Shown in pieces: positions 40,512 to 50,027 of a stretch of DNA of 64,000 bases. Numbering within the stretch: the first letter of the stretch is position 1; each line of letters opens with the position of its first letter. Position numbers and translations under genes: made by a program. Location: NCBI GenBank assembly GCA_965223335.1, contig OZ244991.1:2208001-2272000 (forward strand). Direction: 5' to 3'. The notes under the pieces are model-generated. The model ran no database searches, was not told where the DNA came from, and saw nothing but the letters and a program-made list of their open reading frames with translations. The DNA comes from Thermodesulfobacteriota bacterium. GTDB lineage: Bacteria > Desulfobacterota_D > UBA1144 > Nemesobacterales > UBA2774.

Positions 40512-41240
40512 ATGGGACCGCAAGGTGGGGGCCGAGAGGGAGTAGTATTACCACGACCGCAGGCAGGAACGGAATGGGGTAGTGGGAGGTAGAGCGACCG
40601 ATAGGGAATACATGGGGAAGAGAGTGAATGTCGGTGATTGGTGTCTACGACACCATCTGGGAGAGGCAAAAGACTAAAGATATGGAAGCTCCAATGGGGA
40701 CCGGGGGTCTGAGACCCCTCTCATAAAATAGTTCCATAACTTTAGTGCCTATGGGGACCGGGAGCTAGCGGAGTCGAGCTAGCGACAGGGAGGGACAAAA
40801 AAAAGAGACCTACAGGACTGGAGTCTCCTAGTGCACAAAACTAAATATATTCCTGAACATGTAATGTGCTACTTTTGCTTGATCAAAAGTAGCCAAAAGT
40901 CACCGAATGACAGCCATTAGCTAAAAATAGCTAACTCCGTCACGGCTCGCGCCGCGGCATAACAAAAGACTAACGTATCACTTATGACAGCACACTCAGT
41001 GTGCAATTTATGACTCCGTTGCGCTATTTTCTTAAGGCGAATCGCTGAATGTCGGCAATGGGGTCTATGACCCCATGGGGGAAAGGCAAAAGACTAAAGA
41101 CATGGAAGCTCCAATGGGGACCGGGGGTCTGAGACCCCTCTCATAAAATAGTTCCATAACTTTAGTGCCAATGGGGACCGGGAGCTAGCGGAGTCGAGCT
41201 AGCGACAGGGAGGGACAAAAAAAAGGGGTCGCGGGAGGCC
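40512..41240 (+). repeat. Mosaic structured intergenic repeat, locus R8 (140-bp direct duplication, nested insertion in the rod)
   Basis: 40661-40804 repeated at 41081-41224 with 3 mismatches; pseudoknot at 40868; rod 40903-41055. Confidence 0.92.
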
Positions 41241-41680
41241 TAAGAAAATCCTATGTGGATGATCTTGCCGTCTTTGTCGATAATTACGGTTACTCTGTCG
41301 CTGTTGTGGTCCTCGGGGATAGGGTCTCGGGGGCCAAGCACCCTAAGCTCTTTGCCATAGAGCTTGCGCCAAGAGCGCTCGGAGCTCTCTACGGTAAGAG
41401 TCTGGCGGCTCTTTTTGTGCAGTATGGATACTTTTTTGAACTTCTTGGCAATCTCGTTGGTAAGCATAAAATGGATGGGTTTCGATAGAGCGGGTTTTTC
41501 GGAGTGCCCCTCTCTTACCTCCACAGCCAGCGACAGTGTGTCGGGCGGTTCGAACCCGCTGTCTTTTATAGTGAGGACCACGTGGTCGTCATCGTGCTCT
41601 GTTGCAACCGTGCCGTGCACAATGAGCGCCAGCGGGTCGGCATGGAGAATAGCTTTTGCTACAAGGTCGTCGTTATGCAT
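41240..41680 (-). CDS. Hypothetical protein with C-terminal I78/potato-inhibitor-like segment
   Basis: LRVLGPRDPIPEDHNSDRVTVIIDKDGKI resembles the RV..PG..T.D...DR....D motif. Confidence 0.6.
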   Translation of the reverse strand: MHNDDLVAKAILHADPLALIVHGTVATEHDDDHVVLTIKDSGFEPPDTLSLAVEVREGHSEKPALSKPIHFMLTNEIAKKFKKVSILHKKSRQTLTVESSERSWRKLYGKELRVLGPRDPIPEDHNSDRVTVIIDKDGKIIHIGFS

Positions 41681-41817
41681 CGGTCAACAATACCGTATGG
41701 TATGGTAATATCGATTATATAATTTATGTATGTGATTGTAAAGTATTGTTATTAAAGGTGTTTATGGAGTTGTTTGCGTGAGAATATGTGGCCCGTGTGT
41801 TGGGATCGGTAATGGGT

Positions 41818-42195
41818 TTAGGATTTTTCCTCGGGGGGTTCGAGCGATCGGTCGTCGAGCCCAAGCATGTCGAGTAGGTTCATCCTAAGCGCCAGTGTGT
41901 CGCGTGCGGTGCTGTTGGGATATGTTTTTACGGCCTTTGTAAGCTCGTCTAGGCTCTGGTCCGCTGCGTTAGACACTATTGTAACCAGGCCCCCGTCTAT
42001 CTCCATCCCCATATCGGTTACATCCACATAGTTATGGAGCGGCGGGTCATAAAACACCGTTAGCGGGTCACAGTACGACCCAAGCCCGCGTATGAGTTTA
42101 GGGGGTGCTGCGGGGAACCTGCGGTCCAAAAACCACTCGGTCTTGTCCTTATGTTTTTTGAATTCCTCTATAAACTCGTCAATTGTGTTTATCAA
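41818..42195 (-). CDS. Hypothetical protein
   Basis: GGGGAG RBS, TTG start, protein-like composition. Confidence 0.6.
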   Translation of the reverse strand: MINTIDEFIEEFKKHKDKTEWFLDRRFPAAPPKLIRGLGSYCDPLTVFYDPPLHNYVDVTDMGMEIDGGLVTIVSNAADQSLDELTKAVKTYPNSTARDTLALRMNLLDMLGLDDRSLEPPEEKS

Positions 42196-42402
42196 GCCGG
42201 TCTTCTCTCCCCAGTGCTAAAGTTGCAGTCTAGTATGTATACAAATTGTATTTTAATCAAACCCTATTAGCAAAGCAGGCAGCAAAAAAGCAATTTATCC
42301 ACAGCTAGAATATACATTAAATATGCTTAGTAACCTGCTGTGATAAATAGATATACAGCTTGTGCAAGCTTGTGGATATCCTGTGTATTTCTTACGTGCA
42401 GA

Positions 42403-42654
42403 TTAATCTTCTTTTGTTGCTGTGTTGTCGGTGATCAAGTCGCTTTCGAGCACGTATTTAACACGGTTAATAATGTGGTTAATGTTCTCGTATTTGGCAT
42501 CGAGTTGACTCTGTGCGAGCTCTAGCCAGTCAATGATTATTGCTGTGGCCGGCAATGACGTATGCTCCATTCTCTTTCTTATCATCTTGTCTAGATCGTC
42601 AAGCCCCATGCCATAGTGCTCGAACTCGAGTTCTCTCTGAGTTTTTTCAGCCAT
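42403..42654 (-). CDS. Hypothetical protein
   Basis: GGGAG RBS, helical 83-aa ORF. Confidence 0.6.
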   Translation of the reverse strand: MAEKTQRELEFEHYGMGLDDLDKMIRKRMEHTSLPATAIIIDWLELAQSQLDAKYENINHIINRVKYVLESDLITDNTATKED

Positions 42655-42785
42655 AATCAGTCTCCCTATTAGTAGTTGGGGTATAAATATAAAGATTGTT
42701 ACGGTTATTGCAACAAATATAATATCTTTTGATGCTGCGTGTACTAATCACGGTATTCTGCGTATCGGCGATATGCTATGGGTAA

Positions 42786-43202
42786 AAGGGAGCGGTCTTT
42801 TGCGACCGGCAGGTAGGGACAAAATATGGGGACCGCAAGGGAGCGGTCTTTTGCGACCGGCAGGTAGGGACAAAATACAAAAACCAGGACTTTATTGGCA
42901 CTTGGGTTTATATATCTCTAAGCCGACACTCATTACCCATTTGCTTCTTACTTTTCCTAGATGAAAAGTAAGCAAAAATCACCGACTGCACATAGACGTG
43001 CTAAAAATAGTTTGCTTAAGCTAAATGATATAATTCGGCCCACACCCCGTATATCATTCTTAACGTCTCTCAAGCTTATTTTCTATACACCATTACCGTA
43101 ATGTCGGGGTTGGTGTCTACGACACCATGAGGAAAAAACTGAAGACTAAACAAATACCAGCACATGTAATGTGCCACACTCAGTGTGCCACAGGTTTTGT
43201 GC
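42786..43202 (+). repeat. Mosaic structured intergenic repeat, locus R9 (chimeric rod; stacked terminal hairpins)
   Basis: 51-bp-period GA module x2; rod 42982-43107; three CAC..GTG hairpins at 43160-43202. Confidence 0.92.
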
Positions 43203-43215
43203 GGCTAGCCCTACC

Positions 43216-45060
43216 CTAAATCCTTTTGAGCAGTTCATCGGAAGTAAACGGCTTTGGTAGAAAGCATATGTTGGCATTCTTAATACTGCTTTGCGCTGCG
43301 AAATCGGACTCGTCCACCACAGACGAGATCAGCACCACCCTAATCCCCCGATGGAGCTCTGTAGCCCTATTGGCGATCTCGTATCCGTTTGTATCGTCAT
43401 CGAGCAGTACGTCGGATACGACCAGGTTGTAGCGGTTTTTTTGCAAAAGCTCCATTGCCCCGCTGCCCTTTACAGCCGTGTCGGTGTTGTAGCCCTGTTT
43501 CTCTAGTACTTTTGTTATCATCTCGGCTATGGGCTTGTCGTGCTCTACCACAAGCGCTCTTTGACCGGTTCCATCAGTTGCCAAGGGTAGCTGGTTATTG
43601 ATAATAATTGGTAGATAGAGGTAGATCGACGTGCCCTCGTCAGGTGTGCTCTCAATTGCCATATCGCCGCCCGATTCCTTTGCAAATCCATACACGCTGC
43701 TAAGCCCAAGCCCTGTGCCCCCGTCGTCGGTTTTGGTCGTAAAAAACGGTTTTATAGCGCTCTGTAGGGTCTCGGGATCCATGCCTCTGCCGTTATCGGT
43801 GACCTTGATCACTGCGAACTCCTCCGAGGATATGTTGCTTACGGTCTTATGGGTGGAGTGTTCCCGATAGGTCTTGATCGATATCCGGCCATGGTTTTTG
43901 ATTGCGTCCTTTGAGTTGATGCACAGGTTTAACAGAGCCGCCTGCAGCTGGTTTTGGTCGACGTTTACAAGCGGCAGGTCGTTTAACTCCAACGCTACCT
44001 CAATCTTTTTGCCTACCGAGTGTTTGATGATGATCTCCATTTCCTCAATAATGCTGTTTATGTCCAGGGGGGCAACATCGATGGGTTTGTTGCGTACAAA
44101 GTTTAAGAGCGAGCGTGTAATCTCCTTGGCCTCGAGCGATGCATAGGATATGCGGTCGTAGTACTCACGGTTTTTCGAGTTCTTGGGGATTTTCATGTTG
44201 TCCAGAGAGCCGAGAATAATCTGTATCAGGTTGCCTATATCGTGGGCAAAATAGCCAATGAACATGCCGAGCGTGGTAAGCTTCTTTATATGTTTGGAGT
44301 GCTCGAGATCGCTTTGTTGGGCTTCCATGTGTTTAAACACGGCACACATACCGCCGTTATTCAAGAAATAGCGCTTTACCTTTACAAGGCCCCCATCGGT
44401 GTTGATCAGCTGTTCGTTGTACTGTCTATTTTCAACTATTCTCATCTGTCGGTCGATAAGTTTTTTTTTGTCCCCCTCCCCCAAAAGCCCTCTTTCGGCA
44501 AGCATCTCGTAGAGGTCAACCACCTTGTGGTTGCCCAGAAGGAACTCGCGCGAACATATACCCATCTCTAGGAACTTACGGTTCCATGAAGTTATTCGGA
44601 GGTCACTGTCGATTATCGCAATGCCGTGGTCAGAGCTGTTCATGATAATCTTAAACAGCTGTTCGGTGGAGTTGTCGTAGAGCATATCGGGGTTGTATAT
44701 GTATACGATCACACCCTCGGTCGTCTCGGTGTCGTCTGTGGTAATAACCCGCGGTACTAAGAGTATTGTAACCTGTGAGTTTCCGCCTTTGTGCTCGGGA
44801 GCTGTTTTTTGGATGCTTACCACATCGCCTTTGAGTGCCGTGGGAATGTTGGCTTTTAGAGAGGCATAGATATTGTTTTCGACTATCACGTCCAAGTGTT
44901 GCGACACTATTTTATCCTGCGTGAGCCCGATCAGGGTACAGTAATTAATGTTGGCATATTCGTGGATTTTGTCCTTATTTATATATGCAATGGGGATGGG
45001 GATGTTTTCCGTTATTTGAAATAATATATCTTTCTCAATTGGAAAATCTATATTGCACAT
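43216..45060 (-). CDS. Hybrid PAS-PAS histidine kinase-receiver (CckA-like architecture)
   Basis: AHDIGN H-box, NLCINSKDA, DNGRGM, PFFTTK..GTGLGL, C-terminal REC (VSDV, KPF). Confidence 0.9.
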   Translation of the reverse strand: MCNIDFPIEKDILFQITENIPIPIAYINKDKIHEYANINYCTLIGLTQDKIVSQHLDVIVENNIYASLKANIPTALKGDVVSIQKTAPEHKGGNSQVTILLVPRVITTDDTETTEGVIVYIYNPDMLYDNSTEQLFKIIMNSSDHGIAIIDSDLRITSWNRKFLEMGICSREFLLGNHKVVDLYEMLAERGLLGEGDKKKLIDRQMRIVENRQYNEQLINTDGGLVKVKRYFLNNGGMCAVFKHMEAQQSDLEHSKHIKKLTTLGMFIGYFAHDIGNLIQIILGSLDNMKIPKNSKNREYYDRISYASLEAKEITRSLLNFVRNKPIDVAPLDINSIIEEMEIIIKHSVGKKIEVALELNDLPLVNVDQNQLQAALLNLCINSKDAIKNHGRISIKTYREHSTHKTVSNISSEEFAVIKVTDNGRGMDPETLQSAIKPFFTTKTDDGGTGLGLSSVYGFAKESGGDMAIESTPDEGTSIYLYLPIIINNQLPLATDGTGQRALVVEHDKPIAEMITKVLEKQGYNTDTAVKGSGAMELLQKNRYNLVVSDVLLDDDTNGYEIANRATELHRGIRVVLISSVVDESDFAAQSSIKNANICFLPKPFTSDELLKRI

Positions 45061-45613
45061 TTTATTTATATCTATAATCCTATGGCTCTAAATATTTGAT
45101 ATCTTATCATACATTAAATGTTTTTGTGAACCTTTAATTATCTTTACCGACTATTAGCTCGAGCTCAAGTGTTTCGGGGGGTATTATGGAATATAGGTAT
45201 AAAATGTAGCGGTCTAAGATTCTTTGATATTTTGATTTATTTTTGTACGTTAAAATGTTTCTATAACCGGGTCTATTATGCATATTTTTCGAGCTGTCTA
45301 AACAATATGCGCACTAACATCTTATCCACAGAGGCAAAACCTTCTCGCTGCTGTATCCACACTTGATATTTTATAAATATTCAATCTAGATATTACATTA
45401 GATCTGTCTATTATCTAACTGTAATAATTATAGATATTGACATGCTTTAACTTTATACCTTGCTCGAATTTTGTAAAATTGTAAAAAAACCCTAGCCAAG
45501 ATTATATATTTTGTAGTATAATTACTTTGGGTCATGGTTGCTACTCTTAAAGTAGCACTTTAAGTATTAGTTGTAATGGGTCTAAAATATTCCTCTTAAG
45601 GGAGGGTCGGTAG

Positions 45614-46054
45614 ATGGTAGACAAATGGGATGCTATTGGGATAGAACCGGGGAGTAGGTTTTTGGATTTATATTACGAACCGCTTAGCGAAAAATTTATA
45701 GCGCATTTCTTTAAAGATCTGGGTTATGGGTACGGTATAAAAACACTCTATGTGAGGCATGTATCGGAGGATACGTACCGCAAGTTAGAGGACACTGACG
45801 GGTCACTTAGTTTCGAAGATCTGGTTATATCGCCCGAAAGACCTGAGATTTATGTGAACGTATTCAGGTTTTCTAAAGCAGGCGGTTCATACGGCTATGT
45901 ATGGGACTCTATTAAAAGGATTGACCTGGACACGGGACAGATATCACCCGTTAGGGGCGACCAAGAGCTCCTGCACGCTGCACACATGCTGGGAATAGGT
46001 ACAGAGCCCCATGCTATGTTTGCTACGGAACACTCTCCATATATGACGCAGTAA
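45614..46054 (+). CDS. Hypothetical protein
   Basis: GGGAGG RBS; no family recognised; C-terminus may be degenerate. Confidence 0.55.
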   Translation: MVDKWDAIGIEPGSRFLDLYYEPLSEKFIAHFFKDLGYGYGIKTLYVRHVSEDTYRKLEDTDGSLSFEDLVISPERPEIYVNVFRFSKAGGSYGYVWDSIKRIDLDTGQISPVRGDQELLHAAHMLGIGTEPHAMFATEHSPYMTQ

Positions 46055-46239
46055 TTGCCTTAGTCTGACCGATGGGGTTTAGATTAGGGATAATTACCAG
46101 ATTGGGCCGGCTTGAAGCCGGCCCTCTATTATAAACCACAGTGCAGTGCTTTAATGCACTAACATTCGAGATGACATACGGGGCGAGGGCAGAGAGGGAA
46201 AAAGAGATTATAGGCCGACAGTAGGAGGAAACGGTAGAG

Positions 46240-46569
46240 ATGGCATATCTGTATCTTAGCATTGCGATAATTGCAGAGGTTGTGGCTACAACGGCGCTAA
46301 AAGCGAGTGAGCAGTTCACACAACTATGGCCCACAGTGATAGTGTTTGCTGGCTACACCGCGGCGTTTTACTGTCTTACACAGGTGTTAAAGTACATGTC
46401 GCTAGGTGTGGTGTATGCGGTGTGGGCCGGGCTTGGGATTGTGCTTGTGACGCTGGCGGGATTGGTGGTTTACAAGCAGGTGCCAGATGTGCCGGCTGTG
46501 CTTGGGATAGGTCTTATAGTGGGGGGTGTGGTTGTAATAAACGTTTTTTCCAAAACGGTTACACATTGA
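46240..46569 (+). CDS. SMR family multidrug efflux transporter (EmrE/Qac-like)
   Basis: Membrane Glu (AEVVATTALK), YAVWAGLG, four TM helices. Confidence 0.92.
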   Translation: MAYLYLSIAIIAEVVATTALKASEQFTQLWPTVIVFAGYTAAFYCLTQVLKYMSLGVVYAVWAGLGIVLVTLAGLVVYKQVPDVPAVLGIGLIVGGVVVINVFSKTVTH

Positions 46570-46671
46570 TTGAGGGTTTGGTATAGTTTAGAAAACACTC
46601 GAAATTATAGGTATAAACATCTATAATAAAACGATGTATAATTGTAATAACAAAGTTTCGGAGGATGGACG

Positions 46672-47169
46672 ATGAAACAGTTACTTGCCATTGCGATAGC
46701 AGTACTGATTGTTTTTGTGGGATTTACCCCCGCCACCAAAGCCCAGAAATCCAAAGCCGGTATAGGCACGGTGGTAGAGGTGATATGGCCCTCGGTCCCC
46801 AACCGGCGCAACTTTATGGTAGCCGTGGGCGACAAGGTGCAGGGACGCGTGGGCTGGTACACCCCCCCGGGTGCCAACAGGCTCGACCTTAACGAAAAGC
46901 AGTACAACATGATCAAGATCGTAAAGCCCATTGTGGGGGCCGAGATCATAATCGTTTACGACAGCACTATCCCCGGGTACCAGGCACTACACAACGAGCT
47001 CGCATGGTTTAACACCCGCGTGTCTTACATTGCCGAGAACAACAAGCCCCTAAAACGCGGCGACACTCTAGAGTTTTGGCTGGACGAGGACACAAGTGAT
47101 TTTGACGTCAGGGCCGACGTCACAAGGGGTGACGGCGAACCCGTAGCGGTGTTTGAGTTCATTAAGTAG
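46672..47169 (+). CDS. Secreted hypothetical protein
   Basis: GGAGG RBS and signal peptide. Confidence 0.7.
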   Translation: MKQLLAIAIAVLIVFVGFTPATKAQKSKAGIGTVVEVIWPSVPNRRNFMVAVGDKVQGRVGWYTPPGANRLDLNEKQYNMIKIVKPIVGAEIIIVYDSTIPGYQALHNELAWFNTRVSYIAENNKPLKRGDTLEFWLDEDTSDFDVRADVTRGDGEPVAVFEFIK

Positions 47170-47239
47170 GCATGGGTGCCCTACCCCGCTGACATCGAAC
47201 TAGCTGCGTTATTACTATTTGGCGCGTGGATGCTGTGCT

Positions 47240-47608
47240 ATGGCTGCAAAGACCCGCTATCCTAAAGAGGTAGACTCGTACCTAAAGGCGCTGCCGCCCG
47301 AGCGGAGACCTAGGGTAAAGGACCTGATTGAACTTACGTCGGGGCTATATCCGGCTTCGATCCTCTCCATGAAGTACAAGATGCCGTCGTTTGAGACCCC
47401 CGGGGGCTGGTTTGCCATAGGCAACCAAAAACACTACGTGTCGGTCTACACATGCTCCCCGGAGCACATCGCCCACTATCTAGATAAACACCCCAAGACA
47501 CCCCACGGCAAGGGCTGCCTAAATTTTAAAGATACTGACACGATCGATATGCCTAGGCTAAAGAAGGTCATAAGAAACGCTTTGAAACAGCATAAGAACA
47601 ACGTCTAA
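47240..47608 (+). CDS. DUF1801 (YdhG-like) protein
   Basis: VDSYL, MKYKMPSF, QKHYVSVY, GKGCLNF. Confidence 0.82.
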   Translation: MAAKTRYPKEVDSYLKALPPERRPRVKDLIELTSGLYPASILSMKYKMPSFETPGGWFAIGNQKHYVSVYTCSPEHIAHYLDKHPKTPHGKGCLNFKDTDTIDMPRLKKVIRNALKQHKNNV

Positions 47609-47696
47609 TCTATTGGATTGATCTAGCACTCTCTTTAAGATAGATTCGGGGTTTTAAGGCTTACTTATGGGCCATTAAATTAAAAGGAAACAGTCA

Positions 47697-48068
47697 TTAT
47701 TTTAGTTTTTTATACTTCTTTCTATTATTACGAATTGTTTCGTGATTTTCTTCTGCCCACTTAACCAGTTGTTTGATTGGTGAGAGCACAGATACTCCAA
47801 TTTCTGATAACTCATAAACCACTTTAGGCGGGTTTTCATCATATATAGTGCGAGTTATATATCCATCTGCCTCTAATTCTTTTAGGGTCTTTGATAATAC
47901 CTTTTGAGAAATGTCTCCGATCGTTCGCTTTAACTCGTTGAATCTCGTTGGGTGTTGCTCCAATACGGCCAAAACCAACAGGCTCCATTTATCTCCGATT
48001 CGATCGATAATATCACGGTAAGGGCAGTTTTTCGCATTTTTTTTGTCCAGGACAGTTACTTTGAGCAT
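47697..48068 (-). CDS. HxlR-family winged-helix transcriptional regulator
   Basis: CP..IGDKWSLLVL, RFNEL, ISQKVLS..LKELE, PPKVVYEL. Confidence 0.92.
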   Translation of the reverse strand: MLKVTVLDKKNAKNCPYRDIIDRIGDKWSLLVLAVLEQHPTRFNELKRTIGDISQKVLSKTLKELEADGYITRTIYDENPPKVVYELSEIGVSVLSPIKQLVKWAEENHETIRNNRKKYKKLK

Positions 48069-48164
48069 ACTTGGTCACATAAAAGTACCTAATTGACACT
48101 TAGTGTTCAATATATACTATATAAAGAACTAATTATCATACTCAGTTCTTAGGAGGAACCAAAC

Positions 48165-49007
48165 ATGAAAAAGATCATTTGTAATACGGTATGTGCCATA
48201 CTAGTCTCACTTGGCACTTGTACTATTGCTTTGGCGGATAGTCCAAAAGATATCGCAGTTGCTGAAATGGCATCCTTATTCGTATCATTTGATGCGGATG
48301 AGGCAAGGAGGACAATGGCGCAAGACCTGATTCAGCACAATCCGACCGTACCGACCGGACGTGACGCATTGATTGGTTTCATTCCGGCTTTAAAAGAGAG
48401 CGGTATCACGGCCACGACACACCGCCTGATTGCTGAAGGCAACATGGTGGTTGCTCACAATGAATATAAGAATGCACAATTGTTTGGGGGTGAACATCTG
48501 GCGGCCTTTGACGTTTTTCGCATTGAGGATGGTAAAGTTGTTGAGCACTGGGACAATCTCACGCCTGTCACACCCCCGAACCCATCGGGCCGAACGCAGT
48601 TCGACGGTACAACCGAGATCACGGATCTGGACAAAACTGCTGAAAATAAGGCGCTTGTAAGCAATTTCGTAAAAGATGTTCTTCAAGGTAATGCACCAGA
48701 AAAAATCACAGAGTACATCTCAACCGAGACCTATCTACAACATAATAGTGGTGTGGCAGATGGATTAGACGGGTTGAATGAGGCTATCAAGAAAATGGCG
48801 GACACTGGCGAGCCGATGACCTACGGCAAAACCCATTTCATCGTAGCAGAGGGTAACTTTGTATTGGTGGCTTCCGAGGGCAAATTTCTTGGCAAACACT
48901 CTGCTTTCTATGACCTATTTCGGGTAGATGACGGAAAGATCGTTGAGCACTGGGATGTAATTCAGGAGATTCCTGCGGAATCAGCCAACGACAACGGCAA
49001 ATTCTAA
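48165..49007 (+). CDS. Tandem SnoaL/NTF2-like protein, secreted
   Basis: Two QHN..D.FR..DGK.VEHWD units; divergent from hxlR. Confidence 0.88.
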   Translation: MKKIICNTVCAILVSLGTCTIALADSPKDIAVAEMASLFVSFDADEARRTMAQDLIQHNPTVPTGRDALIGFIPALKESGITATTHRLIAEGNMVVAHNEYKNAQLFGGEHLAAFDVFRIEDGKVVEHWDNLTPVTPPNPSGRTQFDGTTEITDLDKTAENKALVSNFVKDVLQGNAPEKITEYISTETYLQHNSGVADGLDGLNEAIKKMADTGEPMTYGKTHFIVAEGNFVLVASEGKFLGKHSAFYDLFRVDDGKIVEHWDVIQEIPAESANDNGKF

Positions 49008-49183
49008 ACATCAACGATGCAATTGAGTGCTTTATGCCATGTTTTTGGATGTTCTTCTGTGGATTGAACTTAGAACCCCTTTGTGATAGATTCGGGTATA
49101 GGTGAGGTCTTAAATTCGATAGCAGTTCGGATGAGAGTTTTGTGCTTTTGGTGATAATTCACCAAGCGGGGAGGAAAAAACAG

Positions 49184-49567
49184 ATGAGCATGCACACGAG
49201 GCCCGTCTTTAGGCCCGGGAAGAACATAGCAATCAAGGTGCCCCCGTACCAGTTTGTCGAGATCGTGCAGTTCTACCGCGATGTTATAGGGCTCGGCGAG
49301 ATTCAGATTAGCTCGGCAGATTCGCTTTACCCCAGTGCCGTGTTTGATTACGGTGACAAGAGGCTTTGGATAGACTCGGTCGACACGGTTAGCCAGGCCG
49401 AGATATGGCTTGAGCTCGAGACAGACGACCCGGGTGGGGCAGCCGCGTACCTGGACCAACAGGGCATTCAAAGACGAGACGAGATAGAGCCCCTACCCGA
49501 TGGGTTCACTGGGTTTTGGGTGCAGAACCCCGCGGGCATAATCCACCTGATCACTGGAGAAATCTAA
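49184..49567 (+). CDS. VOC/glyoxalase-like protein
   Basis: FYRDVIGL, WLELETDD, GFWVQNPAGIIH; GGAGG RBS. Confidence 0.8.
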   Translation: MSMHTRPVFRPGKNIAIKVPPYQFVEIVQFYRDVIGLGEIQISSADSLYPSAVFDYGDKRLWIDSVDTVSQAEIWLELETDDPGGAAAYLDQQGIQRRDEIEPLPDGFTGFWVQNPAGIIHLITGEI

Positions 49568-49741
49568 TAGCGCCAATGAGATAATGAGTGTGTTTGGAAT
49601 GGAGCAGATTTACGACCTGGATGGAAGACCGGCCGGTGATATGCGCGAGCAGCTTTAGTCGGCATTTAAATGCCCCAGCTTGACCCTCGCGCGAAACTGT
49701 ATTAATAATTTAATAAAGGTCTACTACTTGTGACTTAGACG

Positions 49742-49837
49742 CGGATGAAAATCATCCGACCCACTTTTTGGAGAGAGTCGATGGGATGTAGCAGGACGCA
49801 TCGGTGCTTTGTTAGGGGCACCGGTAGTCCTGCTTTT
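49742..49837 (+). ncRNA. Candidate small RNA or leader ending in an intrinsic terminator
   Basis: CGGATGA/TCATCCG hairpin and GCAGGAC..GTCCTGC-TTTT hairpin in a 460-bp gap. Confidence 0.35.
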
Positions 49838-50027
49838 CATTTGTCGCATATGATTCCAGCTCTCATCTACAACACAGTCTACCTTATTGAAAAAACCGTA
49901 TAAACATTAGAACAAGCCTATGTTAATACTGTATTATCACTAATTGCTAGATTCACTTTCCCTCACGGGATTAAAGGGCGTATACTTAGTCTATAAACAT
50001 AAAAGGAACAATGGAGGATCCATAAAA

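Noticed and set aside
4044..43202. Classical MITE/IS remnants as the explanation for the repeats
   Set aside because: No consistent terminal inverted repeats, target-site duplications or transposase fragments were seen; module order differs between loci
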